DNA from: Octopus vulgaris
Lineage: Eukaryota
Length of the DNA: 64,000 bases
Reading direction: 5' to 3'
Assembly (NCBI GenBank): GCA_951406725.2
Contig: OX597822.1
Span: forward strand, 73,160,001 to 73,224,000
A model generated the notes under the pieces. It saw only the letters and a program-made list of their open reading frames with translations. It did no database searches and was not told the DNA's origin. Of this stretch, positions 1 to 13,451 are shown piece after piece. Within the stretch, counting starts at the first letter, position 1. Each line of letters starts with the position of its first letter. A program made the position numbers and the translations under genes.

Positions 1-311
1 ATATATATATATATATCATGACCGATTTTTGATACTAAAGATATCGATCCAATATTTGATCGATTAAAATGGTACGGAGAGGGATTCAACACCATCCTAT
101 TCTGAATAAAGCTTTAGTGGTCATATAGTTTGATAAGAATACGATGATGTTGCATTCTTCTCTGCAGCTTTTTAATGGATTAAACTTGAAAACGATTAAG
201 TGTGTACAAATGTTGCATTGTAGCATTTTTGAGATAAACTACGTTATTTGAAACGTACATAGCGCTTAAATCATGATTACATCTCAATTTTTGTGTTTCA
301 TGTGTGATGTA

Positions 312-381
<70 letters not shown>

Positions 382-2041
382 TGAATGTGTGAATGTGTGT
401 GTATGTGTGGGTTGCGTGCGTGCGTGCGTGCGTGTGTGCATGAGTACGCGCGTTATCAAAACCATTCACCAGATGACGTGCCGGTACACAGCTGCTGGGT
501 CATATTTGTTTATGTAATTATCTATATAAACATTTATGTAATAGCACGACATGGAAAACTCTGAAAATAACAGCTGTTGCCACTACACAGAAACAACTGT
601 TGTGTTTTGTAATTAAAGCCCGTTGATTCTATCTTTCTCCTTTGTAAATGTTTATCCAAATTCTGTATACACCAGCAGAATTCCACATGTATATCCAGTA
701 AAAGGAAATAACCTAGCTGTATGATGGCATTTGATAGCCGATCACTGTATGTATGTGTGCATCTCTGTGAACATTTGAACTAATCCGTAGTAAAATCGTT
801 TGTTTACTATTTAAGCTCAGCTTGGTATCGTTAGGCTAATCATAACATGAACAAGTGTTATGAACTAAGTTCGATGCTAACTACAAAAATAGTTTTACTA
901 TAAAACAAACACGCACACACACACATACACACACACACACACACACACATACAACGATAGGAAGAAGTAGAAGAATGGAAAGGTAGTAAAGCTATATAAA
1001 AGAGGTCTTGGATGAGAAATAAGCGGATTACTTTACTGCTTCATATCAATAGAGAGATATGACCATTAGCTATCGTGCAAAATGTCTGAAAGATACTTCG
1101 CTAATTATGGTTGGACGCTTTCTTAATGACAAGACAAGCTTCGTTCACAAATTCTTTCTTTATAAACCGGGAAGTTTTACTGTATCACCCAAGCAACTTT
1201 CATTCCATCTACTCTCTGTGTGTACCGATATATATGTATGTATGTAGACATATATGATTGTATATACGCACACACATACACACACACACACATATATATA
1301 TATATTACATTACAAATGTATGTATGTATGTGTGAGTTTTTGTGTGCGTACACATATATAAATACAATCATATACTAAAGTATTTCTATAACTATATTTG
1401 TATCTATATACGTATGTGCATTTATATATATATATACATATATATATATATAACATACATATATATATATACACGCACACACGTTATATTTATTATATAA
1501 TATAATGGAAACGCTATATGTATATCCGTATGTGTAAACACGCACACATACACGCACGCATTCACATGTGTGTGTATGCATACGCCTATACATATATTAC
1601 ACGAGATATTCTTATGAATATACTAAGCGTACATGTGTAAGTTGCCGTGTGTGTGAGTAAGTGTTTTCGTGCTCGAGTGTTTATGTGTGCGTTAGTATCA
1701 CCGATTTATAACGAACCTGGATAAATAAGAAGCAAATAGAATGAATCGCCGAGATTTTCACTTCGAGTCTCTTTGAGAATGGTTAATAATCATCGTTGGT
1801 GAGACTATCAAAAGATATCTTATGCCAATGCATAACGATATCAACAGCCTATGATATAAACAACTTTGGACTGGTATTTCTCAACGATGATTGCATCGAA
1901 CAAATGAAATTGAGAGAGTTTGGGGAGACAGAAAAATAGAAAACAAGAAATAGAAGAAAGAGCATTGAAGAAGACATATAATGAAAAATGGAAAATATCA
2001 AGGAAACAAATGTAAAACAACGAACGCTATGTAAGCAAATG

Positions 2042-2126
<85 letters not shown>

Positions 2127-2166
2127 GCAGGTAGGTAGGTAGGTAGATAGATAGATAGATAGATAT

Positions 2167-2236
2167 GTTTCTTTATTAGCCACACAGGGCTGCACACAGA
2201 TAGAACAAATTACAAGGTAGAGCTTTTCTTTTGAAG

Positions 2237-2268
<32 letters not shown>

Positions 2269-2489
2269 TAAGGAAGGGGGAGTTTCGATCAAAAGGGATC
2301 GTAAAAGGAGAGAAAGAGGACAAAAAAAGGGGGTTAAGAAAAAGGGGGGAGAGAAAAAAAAAAAAAAAAAAAAATTGATCAATAGGGATCGTTATCACAG
2401 AAATGTCAATATGAAGTGTAAAGGGGAGGACAGGTGAGGTTTACCCGTGGAAAGAAAAGCCTACGGAAAAGACCACGGTAACCTCGGTC

Positions 2490-2490
<1 letters not shown>
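2167..2490 (-). mobile_element. 3' UTR fragment of an L1/Tx1-like LINE inserted in a (GATA)n microsatellite
   Basis: Minus strand reads as a T-rich UTR ending ...ccctgtgtggctAATAAAgaaac and then runs into (TCTA)n; (GATA)n tracts flank both sides. Confidence 0.55.
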
Positions 2491-2547
<57 letters not shown>

Positions 2548-2560
2548 GTAGGTAGGTAGG

Positions 2561-2647
<87 letters not shown>

Positions 2648-2719
2648 GTGTGTAGGTAAGTAGGTTGTTTGTTACATGGACCACATATTAGATAGAGAAG
2701 GAGAGACAGACAGACAGCC

Positions 2720-2791
<72 letters not shown>

Positions 2792-3569
2792 AAGCAAGAA
2801 AGTAAAATAAAAGGAACATACAAAAATAAAAGCATCAAGCTATGTAGGAACTGGAATGGCAAGATAGGTAAAAGGGAATAAACTATTGTATTGTTAAGGA
2901 AGAAACAGAAAATGATGAAAGGAAACGACTGAAAGGGGGGAAACGTATTCAAAGGATAAAGGCAATGAGATTGATGACAACATGGGGAGTGGGGGGTAGA
3001 AGTAGGATTAGGACGAAAGAAGAAAAGTAAGAAAAAAATACAGCAGCGGGGAGGATAGGATCGGTAAGGAAGACAAAGAAAATATAAAGGATAATGATAA
3101 TTTAAGGTAACCATGTTGAGTATGAGAAAGAAGGGGAGAAAAAAAAGATGGAAGAGGGTAGGAAAGAAAGAAAGAAATGATAAAGGACTGAGAGAAAATT
3201 GGATTGGCAAAAGAAAGATAGAAAGGCGACAATTTGGGTTTCGAATTAGCATTAAGGGAGACAAAAGATAAATAGAAATGAAATGACTAGACTGAACGAT
3301 ATATAATTGCATTGGAAGAACGAGTTGTAGAAAATGAAGGACAGCAACTGAAAATACAAACAACCAGGACGGAAGTCGAAATAAATGAGGAGAAAAATGG
3401 AGAAGAAGGAAGAAAAACTAATTAAACAGATGCAAAGGAAGGAGATGGAAATGTGAATTAACGAGAGAATAATATCGAATTTCAGATGCGAAGGATTGCC
3501 GAAAATACCCTTGTCGTCTCATAACAGTGAACCTGAAATCTTCTTAGTAAATCATATTTTATGTTTTAT

Positions 3570-3791
3570 TTGTTGCAGTCAGATAGATAGATAGATAGAT
3601 AGATAGATTGCGGCCATCCTGGGGCACCACTTTGAAGAATTTTTATTTGAAAGAACCCATCCCAATCCAATACTTATTTTTTTAAAGCCTGGTTCTTACT
3701 CTATCGGTTTCTTTTGCTGAACCGCTAGTTTGCAGTGACATAAATACATCAACAAGGATGGACGACACACATGCATAGACATGTGTATGTA

Positions 3792-3840
<49 letters not shown>

Positions 3841-4000
3841 CGTCGGGTATCTTTCAGTTTCCGTCTTCCAGGTTCACTCAGAACGATTTGGTCGGTCCGA
3901 GACTATAGCAGAAGACACTTTCCCACGGTGCCAAGGAGTGGGGTTGACCGCAGTATCTTCTGTTTGGGAAGCAAACTTCTTACCACACAGCCACACCCTC
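3570..4000 (-). mobile_element. tRNA-derived SINE, family A (head ggagtggctgtgtggtaag), degraded copy
   Basis: Head at ~3840-4000 and tail at ~3570-3770 match the copy at 12536-12920; central (TA)n. Confidence 0.7.
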
Positions 4001-4794
4001 GTCAGCTACATGGAAAACGACCAATAAGAGGAGTTTAACGTGGTCACATAATTTAATAGAAATAGAATACAAGCCAGAGTGTCATTTCGACCAAATCCGT
4101 ATCAGCTATAATGCATAGAGGGAAAAAATTTGGATAAGTTTCGGATTTCCTGTAGTACAAAGGACTTGAATGACACTTGAGTTGTGATTCAAAGGATAGA
4201 CATTTCATCGAACAAAATTTAGGATGACATATTAATTTCATATTTACTTGCTTAATATCAATGTCATTTCACAACTGAATATTCATATGAGCAAATACAA
4301 AACGATTTTCTTACCTTTCTGCTTCAATGTGTTTTGGTGTAATGTTAATGAAAGCGGAGCCAATTGATGTGAAATAATTGTGCCGTATTGTTGTTATGTG
4401 ATGCGAGCGTGATTTATGCTGTGGACGGATAGCGCGGGCCCCAAGTCTTGGGTGTTTCTTAAAGGCGATGCCAACATCATTTGGGCGATGTTGATGGAAT
4501 ATTTTCCACATCATGCAGTTCAATTTATACGTATATGTGTATAAGGATGTGTACGGGAAGGACAGTCTACATTGTGTGTGTGTGTGTTTGTGTGTGAGTG
4601 TGAGTGTGTGTGTTCTGATGAATGGATTCACGGATTTATCCAAGTTCCCAAATAAACATTTCTAGAAAGGATGTTCAACGCTTCTGTGAGTAAAATTGAT
4701 GTGTTGTGATAAAACTACGACTACACACGCATGCACGCATACAAACATACATACATTGATACATACATTTACATACAATTACGCTCAAATATGT

Positions 4795-4829
<35 letters not shown>

Positions 4830-4970
4830 CCTCTATACAAACATACATACATAATGATACATTGACATTTACATAACAATAGAAACAATACGCTCAAATC
4901 ACATGTCTGAGTGTGTGTGTGTGTGTGTGTGTGTGTCTCTAAACGCAAGCACACACAAATTCGTATAAAA

Positions 4971-5319
4971 CTATATATATAAAACTGAGAATGTGTGTCT
5001 GTCTGTCTGTGTGTTTCCCTAAAACTTGAGAACTGCACAACCAAATCCATTCAAATTTTACACATGCCTTACTTAAGGTCCGAGGAGTGTCATCGGCAAA
5101 CAAATCTGAACTTTTTCCCTAGGGCGACTCCACAGCAATATCATATCTTCTCCACTATTTCAGTATTACGTGTTAAAAGTGAAACAAAAACATCTCTCTT
5201 TTGTAATGCAGACACTTTCACTATTAAAGTGAAAGTATTATATAACAGGGATGAACCATTAACAATTGTCATCCATTTTGTTAGAAGATCCGCTATGGTC
5301 TTATATGCTACACCACTAG
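4971..5319 (+). mobile_element. Non-autonomous Helitron-like element
   Basis: 5' end ctatatatataaaa...gtctgtctgtctgt followed by an acaaccaaatccattcaaattttacac block typical of non-autonomous rolling-circle elements; CTAG at ~5316-5319. Confidence 0.5.
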
Positions 5320-5982
5320 TTTTCAATTCATATTAATCAAATTAATATTCAATTTTTCACCCTTATTATGTGTGTGTGTGTGTATTAGCAATTCGTATAA
5401 AATTGCATCAATGACTTGAACTTGAATAAGTGCTTTCACATAAATGGGGATACATTAAAAAGGTTTGTTATTATTATTACTGTTTGACTATTGTAATCAC
5501 GTTTGTTGGTTCCTCGTCAGGGAAACGTTGTTGTTTTGCATTTGTTAAATAATTGTAATCCATAACCCTCCCCCTTTCGGAGAAGGGGATTTGGTTATTG
5601 TTTAAAAATTGAATCGTGTCCCTGTTTGGGGAAATTGACAATATTTTCACCGTCTTTACGGAAGCATTTTTGTTAAAATGCCTTCGATAGAAGAAAGTTC
5701 AAAAATGAATTTCGCTGCAGTTGTACACTTCTATACAAGAAGGAGGACAAGATCCAATTGATCGAAATTGCAAGAGACGGGCCTACAATTCTAGTCTGTT
5801 ATATATTTTGAGTATTGTTATCACTTGCGATATCAATATATAACTTTGTATTTTGCATTTTATGTGTAGATGAATATATATATATATAGATGTACATGTA
5901 ATATGTACACATATATATACACATATAAACATGCATGATATATCTACCCATGCAAACATACGCACACACACACATACATAGG

Positions 5983-6118
5983 GGCAGGTGTGGCTGTGTG
6001 GTAACAAACTACGTTCCAAATACATGGTCCTGGGTTCAGTCCCACTGTGTGGTGACTTGGCATGTGTCTTCTGCTGTAGCCTCAGACCAACAAAAGCCTT
6101 CTCAGTGGATTTTGTACA
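5983..6118 (+). mobile_element. SINE family A, 5' half
   Basis: gtggctgtgtggtaa (A-box-like) and gggttcagtccc (B-box-like); matches 12536-12700. Confidence 0.75.
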
Positions 6119-6169
6119 TATATACAGACATACATACATATATATATACATGCATACGTACATATTCGG

Positions 6170-7403
6170 CATAAACACTCTACCACTACAACTAATAACT
6201 GTTGGGAACACTTTCAAACCTGCCTTACATTCGAACCGGAATCTCAACGCCCGAGTTTTCCATCTCAAGTTAATTTCTCTCATGGAGCTCATACAAAAAG
6301 GGCAAGTCTTTGGGCCCATACAATGTGACATGTACACAATCGAGTGGCAAAAAAGAGGCCTTCCACATGCTCATATCCTGCTTTGGCTATCAGCGAAGAT
6401 CAATTCCAATGACATCGACAACATAATTTCTGCAGAGCTTCCTTGATCCAGCTTTAGACAAAGAACTATACGAAATAGTTAAAGCAAACATGGTCCATGG
6501 TCCATGTGGGCGTGGATACAACATAAACTCACCATGCTTGAAGGACAGCATATGTTCAAAAAGATTTCCAAGGAGGTTCCTACAAGAAACTCAGACAGGT
6601 GCTGATGGGTATCCATCATACAGACGCAGAAAACCAGAAGACGGAGGTTTCACAGCAACTATCGGACAGCACGATATTGATAATAGATGGATTGTTCCAT
6701 ACTGCCCACTCCTGTCAAAGACTTTCAATGCCCACATCAACGTTGAGTTTTGCAACTCCGTTAAATCCATCAAGTACGTTTGCAAATATGTAAACAAGGG
6801 TTCTGACTCTGCAATGTTTGGACTTCAACAAGAATACTGCCAGGATGAGGTGACGCATTATCAGGTGGGACGGTACATAAGTAGCAACGAGGCTTTCTGG
6901 CGCATTTTTGGCTTTCCAATTCACCAACGACACCCCGCCATTCAACAGCTTGCACTGCACCTGAAAAATGGTCAAAGAGTGTACTACACCGATGCTAATG
7001 CTTCTCTGTTGGCAGAGGAACCAAGGGATAGCACACTCACTGCATTCTTCAAGCTTTGTCAAGTGGATCCATTCGATCAAACCTTGCTGTATCCACAGAT
7101 TCCATCGTACTACACTTGGAATAGAAAAAAATGGGCCCCACGGAAAGCAGGTCAAAATGTTCATGGATACCCTGGCATTAAGTTTCACACTTGCCTTGGG
7201 CGAATATACATAGTGCATCCCACTCAACAATAGAGAGACAACCTAGCTCAATTTAGCAGCATCCGAAATGCCTTCATGCAACATCAACAAAAGCTCAGAT
7301 CAGGGACAAGTACTTAAAATGTGTCATCTAATTGGGATGAGTGCACTATGGCTCACAAGGGAGCTTTGGAAGCATTAGATAGAGCCCTGAAAGACATCCG
7401 AGA
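6170..7403 (+). pseudogene. Helitron RepHel pseudogene (Rep HUH nuclease region plus a PIF1-like helicase fragment)
   Basis: Motifs ARVFHLKL, EWQKRGLPHAHILL (HUH), MVHGPCG, GYPSYRRR, DNRWIVPY, AHINVEFC, KYVCKYVNKG, RYISSNEAFWRIF. A 1-bp frameshift at ~6444 (LP/DPALDKELYEIVKANMVHG) and a stop at 7231-7233 are followed by a jump to helicase motif II (WDECTMAHKGALEALDRALKDIR), implying a large internal deletion. Confidence 0.93.
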
Positions 7404-7407
7404 CATT

Positions 7408-8490
7408 TCAGAAATTTTTAAGGAAAATTTTCAAAAAATTATCAAAAATCTTTGGGGAAAATTTTCGAAAAATTTTTCAAAGATGTTTGGGGAAAATTTT
7501 CGAAAATTTTAAAAAAATTTTGGGGGAAAATTTTCAAAAAAATTTTTTTATAATTTTTGGGAAAAATTTTCGAAAAATTTTTGGGGTAAATTTTCAAAAA
7601 ATATTTCAAAATTTTTGAGGAAAATTTTCAAAAAATTTCTTTTTCATTTTTGGGGAAAATTTTCGAAAATGAAAAAAAATTTTTGTATAATTTTTGAGGA
7701 AAATTTTCAAAAAATTTTTCAAAAATTTTGGGGGAAAATTTTTGAAATATTTTGAAATATTTTTGAAGAACGTTGCGTGCAAATAATTGTAGTGATTAAA
7801 AAATAAATGTTCAATTTTCGGGAAAATTTTTCAAAAGTTTTGGGTAAAATCTTCAAAAAAGTTTTTTTTAAATGTTGGTGAAAATTTTCGAAAAACTTTT
7901 CAAAAATTTTTCAAAAATTTTTGGGGAAAATTTTCAAAAAATTTTTGAAAAGTTTTCGCAAAATTTTTAAGGAAAATTTTCAAAAAATTTTTCAAAAGTG
8001 TTAGGGAAAGTTTTCGAAAAATTTTTCAAACATTTTTGGTGAAAATTTTCGAAAAAGTTTTCAAAAATTTTAGGGGGAAAATTTTCGAAATATTTTTCAA
8101 AAATTTTTGGGAAAAATTTTTGAAGTATTTTTGAAGAAAATCTTCAAAAAATTTTCGGGAAAATTTTCAACAGATTTTTTGAAAATTTTGGGGTAAAATC
8201 CTCAAAAAATTTTTCAAAAGTTTTTTAAAAGTTTTTGGGGTAAATTTTCAAAAACTTTTTTTTTTAATTTATGGGGAAAATGTAAAAAAATTTTTTCAAA
8301 AAATGTTCAAAACTTTTTGAAAAATTTTGGCGGAAAATTTTTAAAAGATGTTTTTTTAATTTTGGGGGAAAATTTTCAAAAATTTTTTCAAAAATTTTTG
8401 GGTTAAGTTTTCAAAAATTTTTTTAAATATTTTGAAAATTTTGCCCATAAATTTTTGAAAAATTTCCCAAAAATTTTCAAAAATTTACGC
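7408..8490. repeat. Degenerate A/T-tract minisatellite (~33-bp unit like ttttggggaaaattttcgaaaaatttttcaaaaa)
   Basis: About 1.1 kb of repeated A4-7/T4-7 tracts and palindromic GAAAATTTTC. Confidence 0.9.
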
Positions 8491-8924
8491 ATTCAAAGCA
8501 TATGGCCCTTCACCAACAACATACCCTGATAGGCTTTGTGATTAAGGCCACGACAGAGAGATAAAATTAAATGTTTTTGAAGCCGAGGATATTAAATTTA
8601 CAGAGATAATATTTGTGAGGAAACACAACTAGATCTCATAATGCAGGGAAATAGTTTCTTAACCTGCACATCTGGAGATCTACGTTGCGTGCAAATAATT
8701 GTAGTGATTAAAAAATAAATTTCCAACCGTACCCTTCTTGTTGACTCCAATTTTTTCAATTATCTATTCACACACGACAGATGCCCAAACGCAAACCTGG
8801 AGATACATATAATGCTACTACTGGAAAGCACAGTTTAAATGTGAAAGTGGACGAGCGAGCTTTAAACTGTATTCTACTATGTTCTTAACAGAATATACTA
8901 TAATTATATATATACATATATAGG

Positions 8925-9052
8925 ACGGGCTTCTTACGGTTTACGTCAACCAGATATACTCACAAGTCTTTGGTCGGCCCGAGTCTATGGCAGAAGACAC
9001 TTGCTCAAGGTGTCACGCAATAGTACTGAACCCAGAACCATGTGGTTGGGAA
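8925..9052 (-). mobile_element. SINE family A, 5' half fragment
   Basis: Reverse complement of the family A head/body (gaacccagaaccatgtggttggg, gacacttgctcaagg). Confidence 0.7.
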
Positions 9053-9177
9053 TACATATATATTTATATATATCTGTATATATATACGGCAAGATGTGTG
9101 TGTATGTGTGTACGTGATTGTAGTTTATGCACATCCACAAATTAGCACGCATGTCGTTCAAATTTTTGGAGGACATA

Positions 9178-9520
9178 TCTATTTTCAGCCATAACTTTTA
9201 GCGGTAAAAATCTATTTTCAGCCATAAATTTTAGCGGTAAAAATCTATTTTCAGCCATAGCTTTTTGACGGGGTCTAACAAAAAAACACGATAAAGAAAA
9301 GTGGAAGAAGAGAGGCAGAGAGTTTCACGGGAAAGACAAAGGGAGAGAGGGAGAGAGAGTAAGTGACGACGTTCATAAAAATCTATTTTCAGCCATAGCT
9401 TTCTGACGGCGTCTAACAAAAAAAAGAAGATAAAGAAAAGTGGAAGAGAAGCAGAGAGTTTCACGGGAAAGACAAAGTGAGAGATGGAGAGAGAGAGAGT
9501 AAGTGACGACGTTCATAAAA
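9178..9520 (+). repeat. Tandem repeats: 33-bp unit x2, then ~138-bp unit x2
   Basis: tctattttcagccata starts at 9178, 9211, 9244 and 9382; agagtttcacgggaaagacaaag...gtaagtgacgacgttcataaaa is duplicated. Confidence 0.9.
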
Positions 9521-10296
9521 TATAAAATGTAAAATGTTTTGTCTTTTCTTAAACATGAGATATACTGTTCAAATTCAAGATGTTTTTGAAAGACACTATA
9601 TTTTATAATCATAGTATATATACTTTCTCACACAACAATTACAATATATTTATTTTAAATTATTTATTTATTTTAAATCGTTCATCTTTCTCCCCCCTCC
9701 CTCTCACACACATTACTTTGGGTGCGAAAGAGTTTTGTTTTTATTTTACGCCGAGTAAAAAGGTGTTTTGTTGACAATCCATTTATTTAACAACAAAGAA
9801 ACAAAGAGGTGAGTAGCAATTTGTCAGGGAATTGCACAATATAAATGGGTACAATTTCCGAGGCTTCCACCACACCCACTCCGTTTCACAGACCACAAAA
9901 AGGGTTTTGTAGCATATTAGGAGGCCAGAGTAGTTGATTCCACGCAAAAAAAAAGATTATTTTTCTTAGTGAAATCGTACAAGTGTTAATCTACAAATTT
10001 AACAACATTTTTCCATTCATTTCTGTTTATGAACATGTATGCATGCACAAAACATGCAATAGGTGTACGTACGTACATGTGTGTTCGTGTCTGTTGCCCA
10101 TATATATTTATATTATATTATATTATATTATATTTATATAATATATATAATATATATAATATAACCAATTTCAACGGATTTTGCCCAAATTTGACGTCGA
10201 TATTACTTAGTTTGGTTTGAAATAAAGAACTTGATTAGCCTAATAATCGTAACTTAATCCCGAGCAAGGCCGGGTTATACTGCTAGTATATATATG

Positions 10297-10379
<83 letters not shown>

Positions 10380-10380
<1 letters not shown>

Positions 10381-11865
10381 GATTGATTGATTGATTGATT
10401 CTAGTTTCAGCTCATGAGCTGTGGTCATGCTGGGGCACCGCCATTTGGTGTTGCTACATGGTTTTACTTCACGCATGCTTTTTGGCAACTGCCATTTGGT
10501 GCATGAGAGAGTTCGATGCAGCTGCCCTCATCTGCACCTCCTGCCGTGAAGTTGGTTCATCTGGGATACCTGACAAGAAGAGATCCAGTTTCATTTTAAA
10601 GACATTTGCATCCACCCCATGCAGGTCTCTTAGATTCTTCGGGAGGATATTGAAGAGCTGTGGGCCTCGGAAGCCCAGGCTATCACAGTATCTTGTCCTA
10701 CATCTTGATGGCAAATTTGGATTCCTAGGCACCACGCAGTGGCGCCCAGTTCTGGCATTTGTGTAACTCTCGATGCCAAAGTTTGGGACAAGTCCTTCCA
10801 GGATCTTCCAGATGTATATTATGGCATATCTTTCTCGCCTACGCTCCAAGGAATCTCTTGAGTCTTTAATCTCTTGAGTCTTTCCCAGTAGCTTATATTC
10901 TGCATAGAGGCTATCTTCTTCGTGTAGCTACGTTGGATCGCCTCAAGTTCTGTGATCAGCTTGACACTGGATGGTGACCATAGCTGAGAGCAATAGTCAA
11001 AGTGGCTTAGGACAAGTGTCCTCTAGAGGACCATCATGGTTTCTTGTTCTCTTGTTCTAAAGGTTCTGAAAATCCACCCGGCCAGTCGTCTACATTTCAT
11101 TGCCAATTTAGCAACATGTACACGAAAGGTTGCGTCATCACTCATGTAAATACCCAGGTCACGCACTGATTGTGCCTCTGGGATTGCAATTCCTCCGGGT
11201 CCAGTGTATTCATTGGGTATTGCATTTAGTTTTGCATGCTGATAGTATAAAGCTTGAAACTTTTCAGCATTGAACTGCATGCTATTCTTTTCAGCCCACT
11301 TGTATATTTTGTCCACCTCACATTGCAGGCGTTTAGTGTCCTCAGGGTTCTGTATTGCCTGTGAAACTTTTGTATCATCTGCATAACTTGTGATCGTGGC
11401 TCTCTGCGTGGCTGAGGGCATGTCTGAGAGGGCCATTATGAACAGTAGTGGTCCCAAAACAGTGCCCTGCGGAACACCGCTCACTATTTGCGTGTCAATG
11501 GAAGTGGCCCCATTGGCTACTACCACCTAACTTCTATCTTTCAGAAAGTCATGAAGCCATTCTCCCAGTTTTTCAACTATGCTGAGATCACGCAGTTTGT
11601 GACATATCATTCCATGATCGACTTTATCAAAGGCCTTTGCAAAGTCGAGATATATCACTTCCACATTTGAGTGGTTGAGTAGTCGTTTCAGCACCCAGTC
11701 ATAGTGTTGTAGGAGCTGAGTTAAGCAGCTTCTCCCTGGTCGGAAACCATGTTGGGTGTCAGGCAGCAAGTCATTTTCTTCAAGGAAGGTGATCAGTTTC
11801 CTTCTGACTATTCGTTCCACGACCTTGCTGATGTGTGAGGTCAGAGAGATAGGTCTGTAGGTTCT
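10380..11865 (-). mobile_element. CR1-group LINE: 5'-truncated reverse transcriptase pseudogene with intact 3' end and (TCAA)n tail
   Basis: YRPISLTS, QHGFRPGRSC, YLDFAKAFDKVDH, GVPQGTVLGPLLF, YADD, DYCSQLWSP, ERRRERY. In-frame stops at 11527 and 11023 and a frameshift near 10850-10875. 3' stem-loop and (TCAA)n at ~10380-10445. Confidence 0.92.
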
Positions 11866-11887
11866 TGGATGATATATATACATATAT

Positions 11888-12197
11888 ATCATCATCACCA
11901 TCGTTTAACGTCTGCTTTCCATGTTAGCATGGGTTTGACTGAGGACTGGCGAACCAGATGGCTGCACCAGGCTTCAATCTGATCTGGCAGAGTTTCTACA
12001 GCTGCATGCTCTTCCTAACGCCAACCACACCGAGAGCGTAGTGGGTGCTTCTATGTGCCACCGGCACTATGGCCAGTCAGGCGGTACTGGCAACAGCCAC
12101 GCTTAAATGGTGCTTTTTACTTGCCACCTGCACAAGACAAAGTCCAGTGGCACTGGCAACGACCTCGCTCGAGTGTTTTTTCACGTGCCACCAGCAA
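11888..12197 (-). mobile_element. Cephalopod SINE with RTE-type tail (Ceph-SINE-like), 3' portion
   Basis: Minus strand ttggcgttaggaagagcatgcagctgtagaaac ... gacgttaaacgatggtgatgatg tail; internal gtgccaccggcac repeats. Confidence 0.7.
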
Positions 12198-12430
12198 TTC
12201 TTTACTCCTATATCGAATGGATGAAAGCATTTATAACGACAACTACAATTTACTTAGAAAAGTAACGCTAATATTAATAGTGCAAGTATCAATGTTACTA
12301 TTAACACAAATACTAACAGAAATTAACGAATTTCAGGTATATTAAACGATATGGAGCTAAACCGTTGAACGCTTGAACAGAATGCATCCCTATGAAAGAG
12401 CAACCTCTTTCCATTCGAAATTTATATAAA

Positions 12431-12920
<490 letters not shown>

Positions 12921-13279
12921 GTATATATATAAAAGTATATGTATATATAAATATATATATATATAAACATATGTATATATGTATATATACATATATATGC
13001 ATATACATATATATGTATATATATATACATATATATATAAATATTTGTATATATATTTACACATATATATAAATATATATGCATATACATATATATATGT
13101 ATATATATATATATATATATAATATATATATATATATACGTTTATATTTACCTATATATATGTATGCATACATAATTATATATATAAATATATACATGCA
13201 TATTTATATATATACATATATCTATACATACATATATATAAATATATATACATACATATATATATATACATATATATAC

Positions 13280-13347
<68 letters not shown>

Positions 13348-13359
13348 TATATAATATAT

Positions 13360-13448
<89 letters not shown>
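12921..13448. repeat. Long compound (TA)n/(TACA)n microsatellite
   Basis: Directly visible. Confidence 0.95.

Positions 13449-13451
<3 letters not shown>

Larger units (their letters stand above)
6170..10286 (+). mobile_element. Helitron element (5'-truncated, internally deleted) with intact 3' terminus
   Basis: RepHel relic, internal tandem repeats, and terminal hairpin cccgagcaaggccggg (10259-10274) followed by CTAG (10283-10286) then T. Linking this end to the RepHel relic is inferred. Confidence 0.65.

Noticed and set aside
1787-1892. Imperfect hairpin aatcatcgttg...caacgatgatt as a pre-miRNA
   Set aside because: Only the outer 11 bp pair well and interior pairing is poor.
2488-3363. 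291-aa hydrophobic minus-strand ORF
   Set aside because: It is the antisense of purine-rich low-complexity sequence plus (GATA)n; the F/L/S bias is compositional.
5988-6170. N-terminal part of the 152-aa ORF upstream of Helitron Rep
   Set aside because: It derives from a SINE head and microsatellite read in frame by chance.
9178-9520. CRISPR-like regular repeats
   Set aside because: The intervening sequences are themselves duplicated, there are no cas genes, and the context is eukaryotic; simple tandem duplication.
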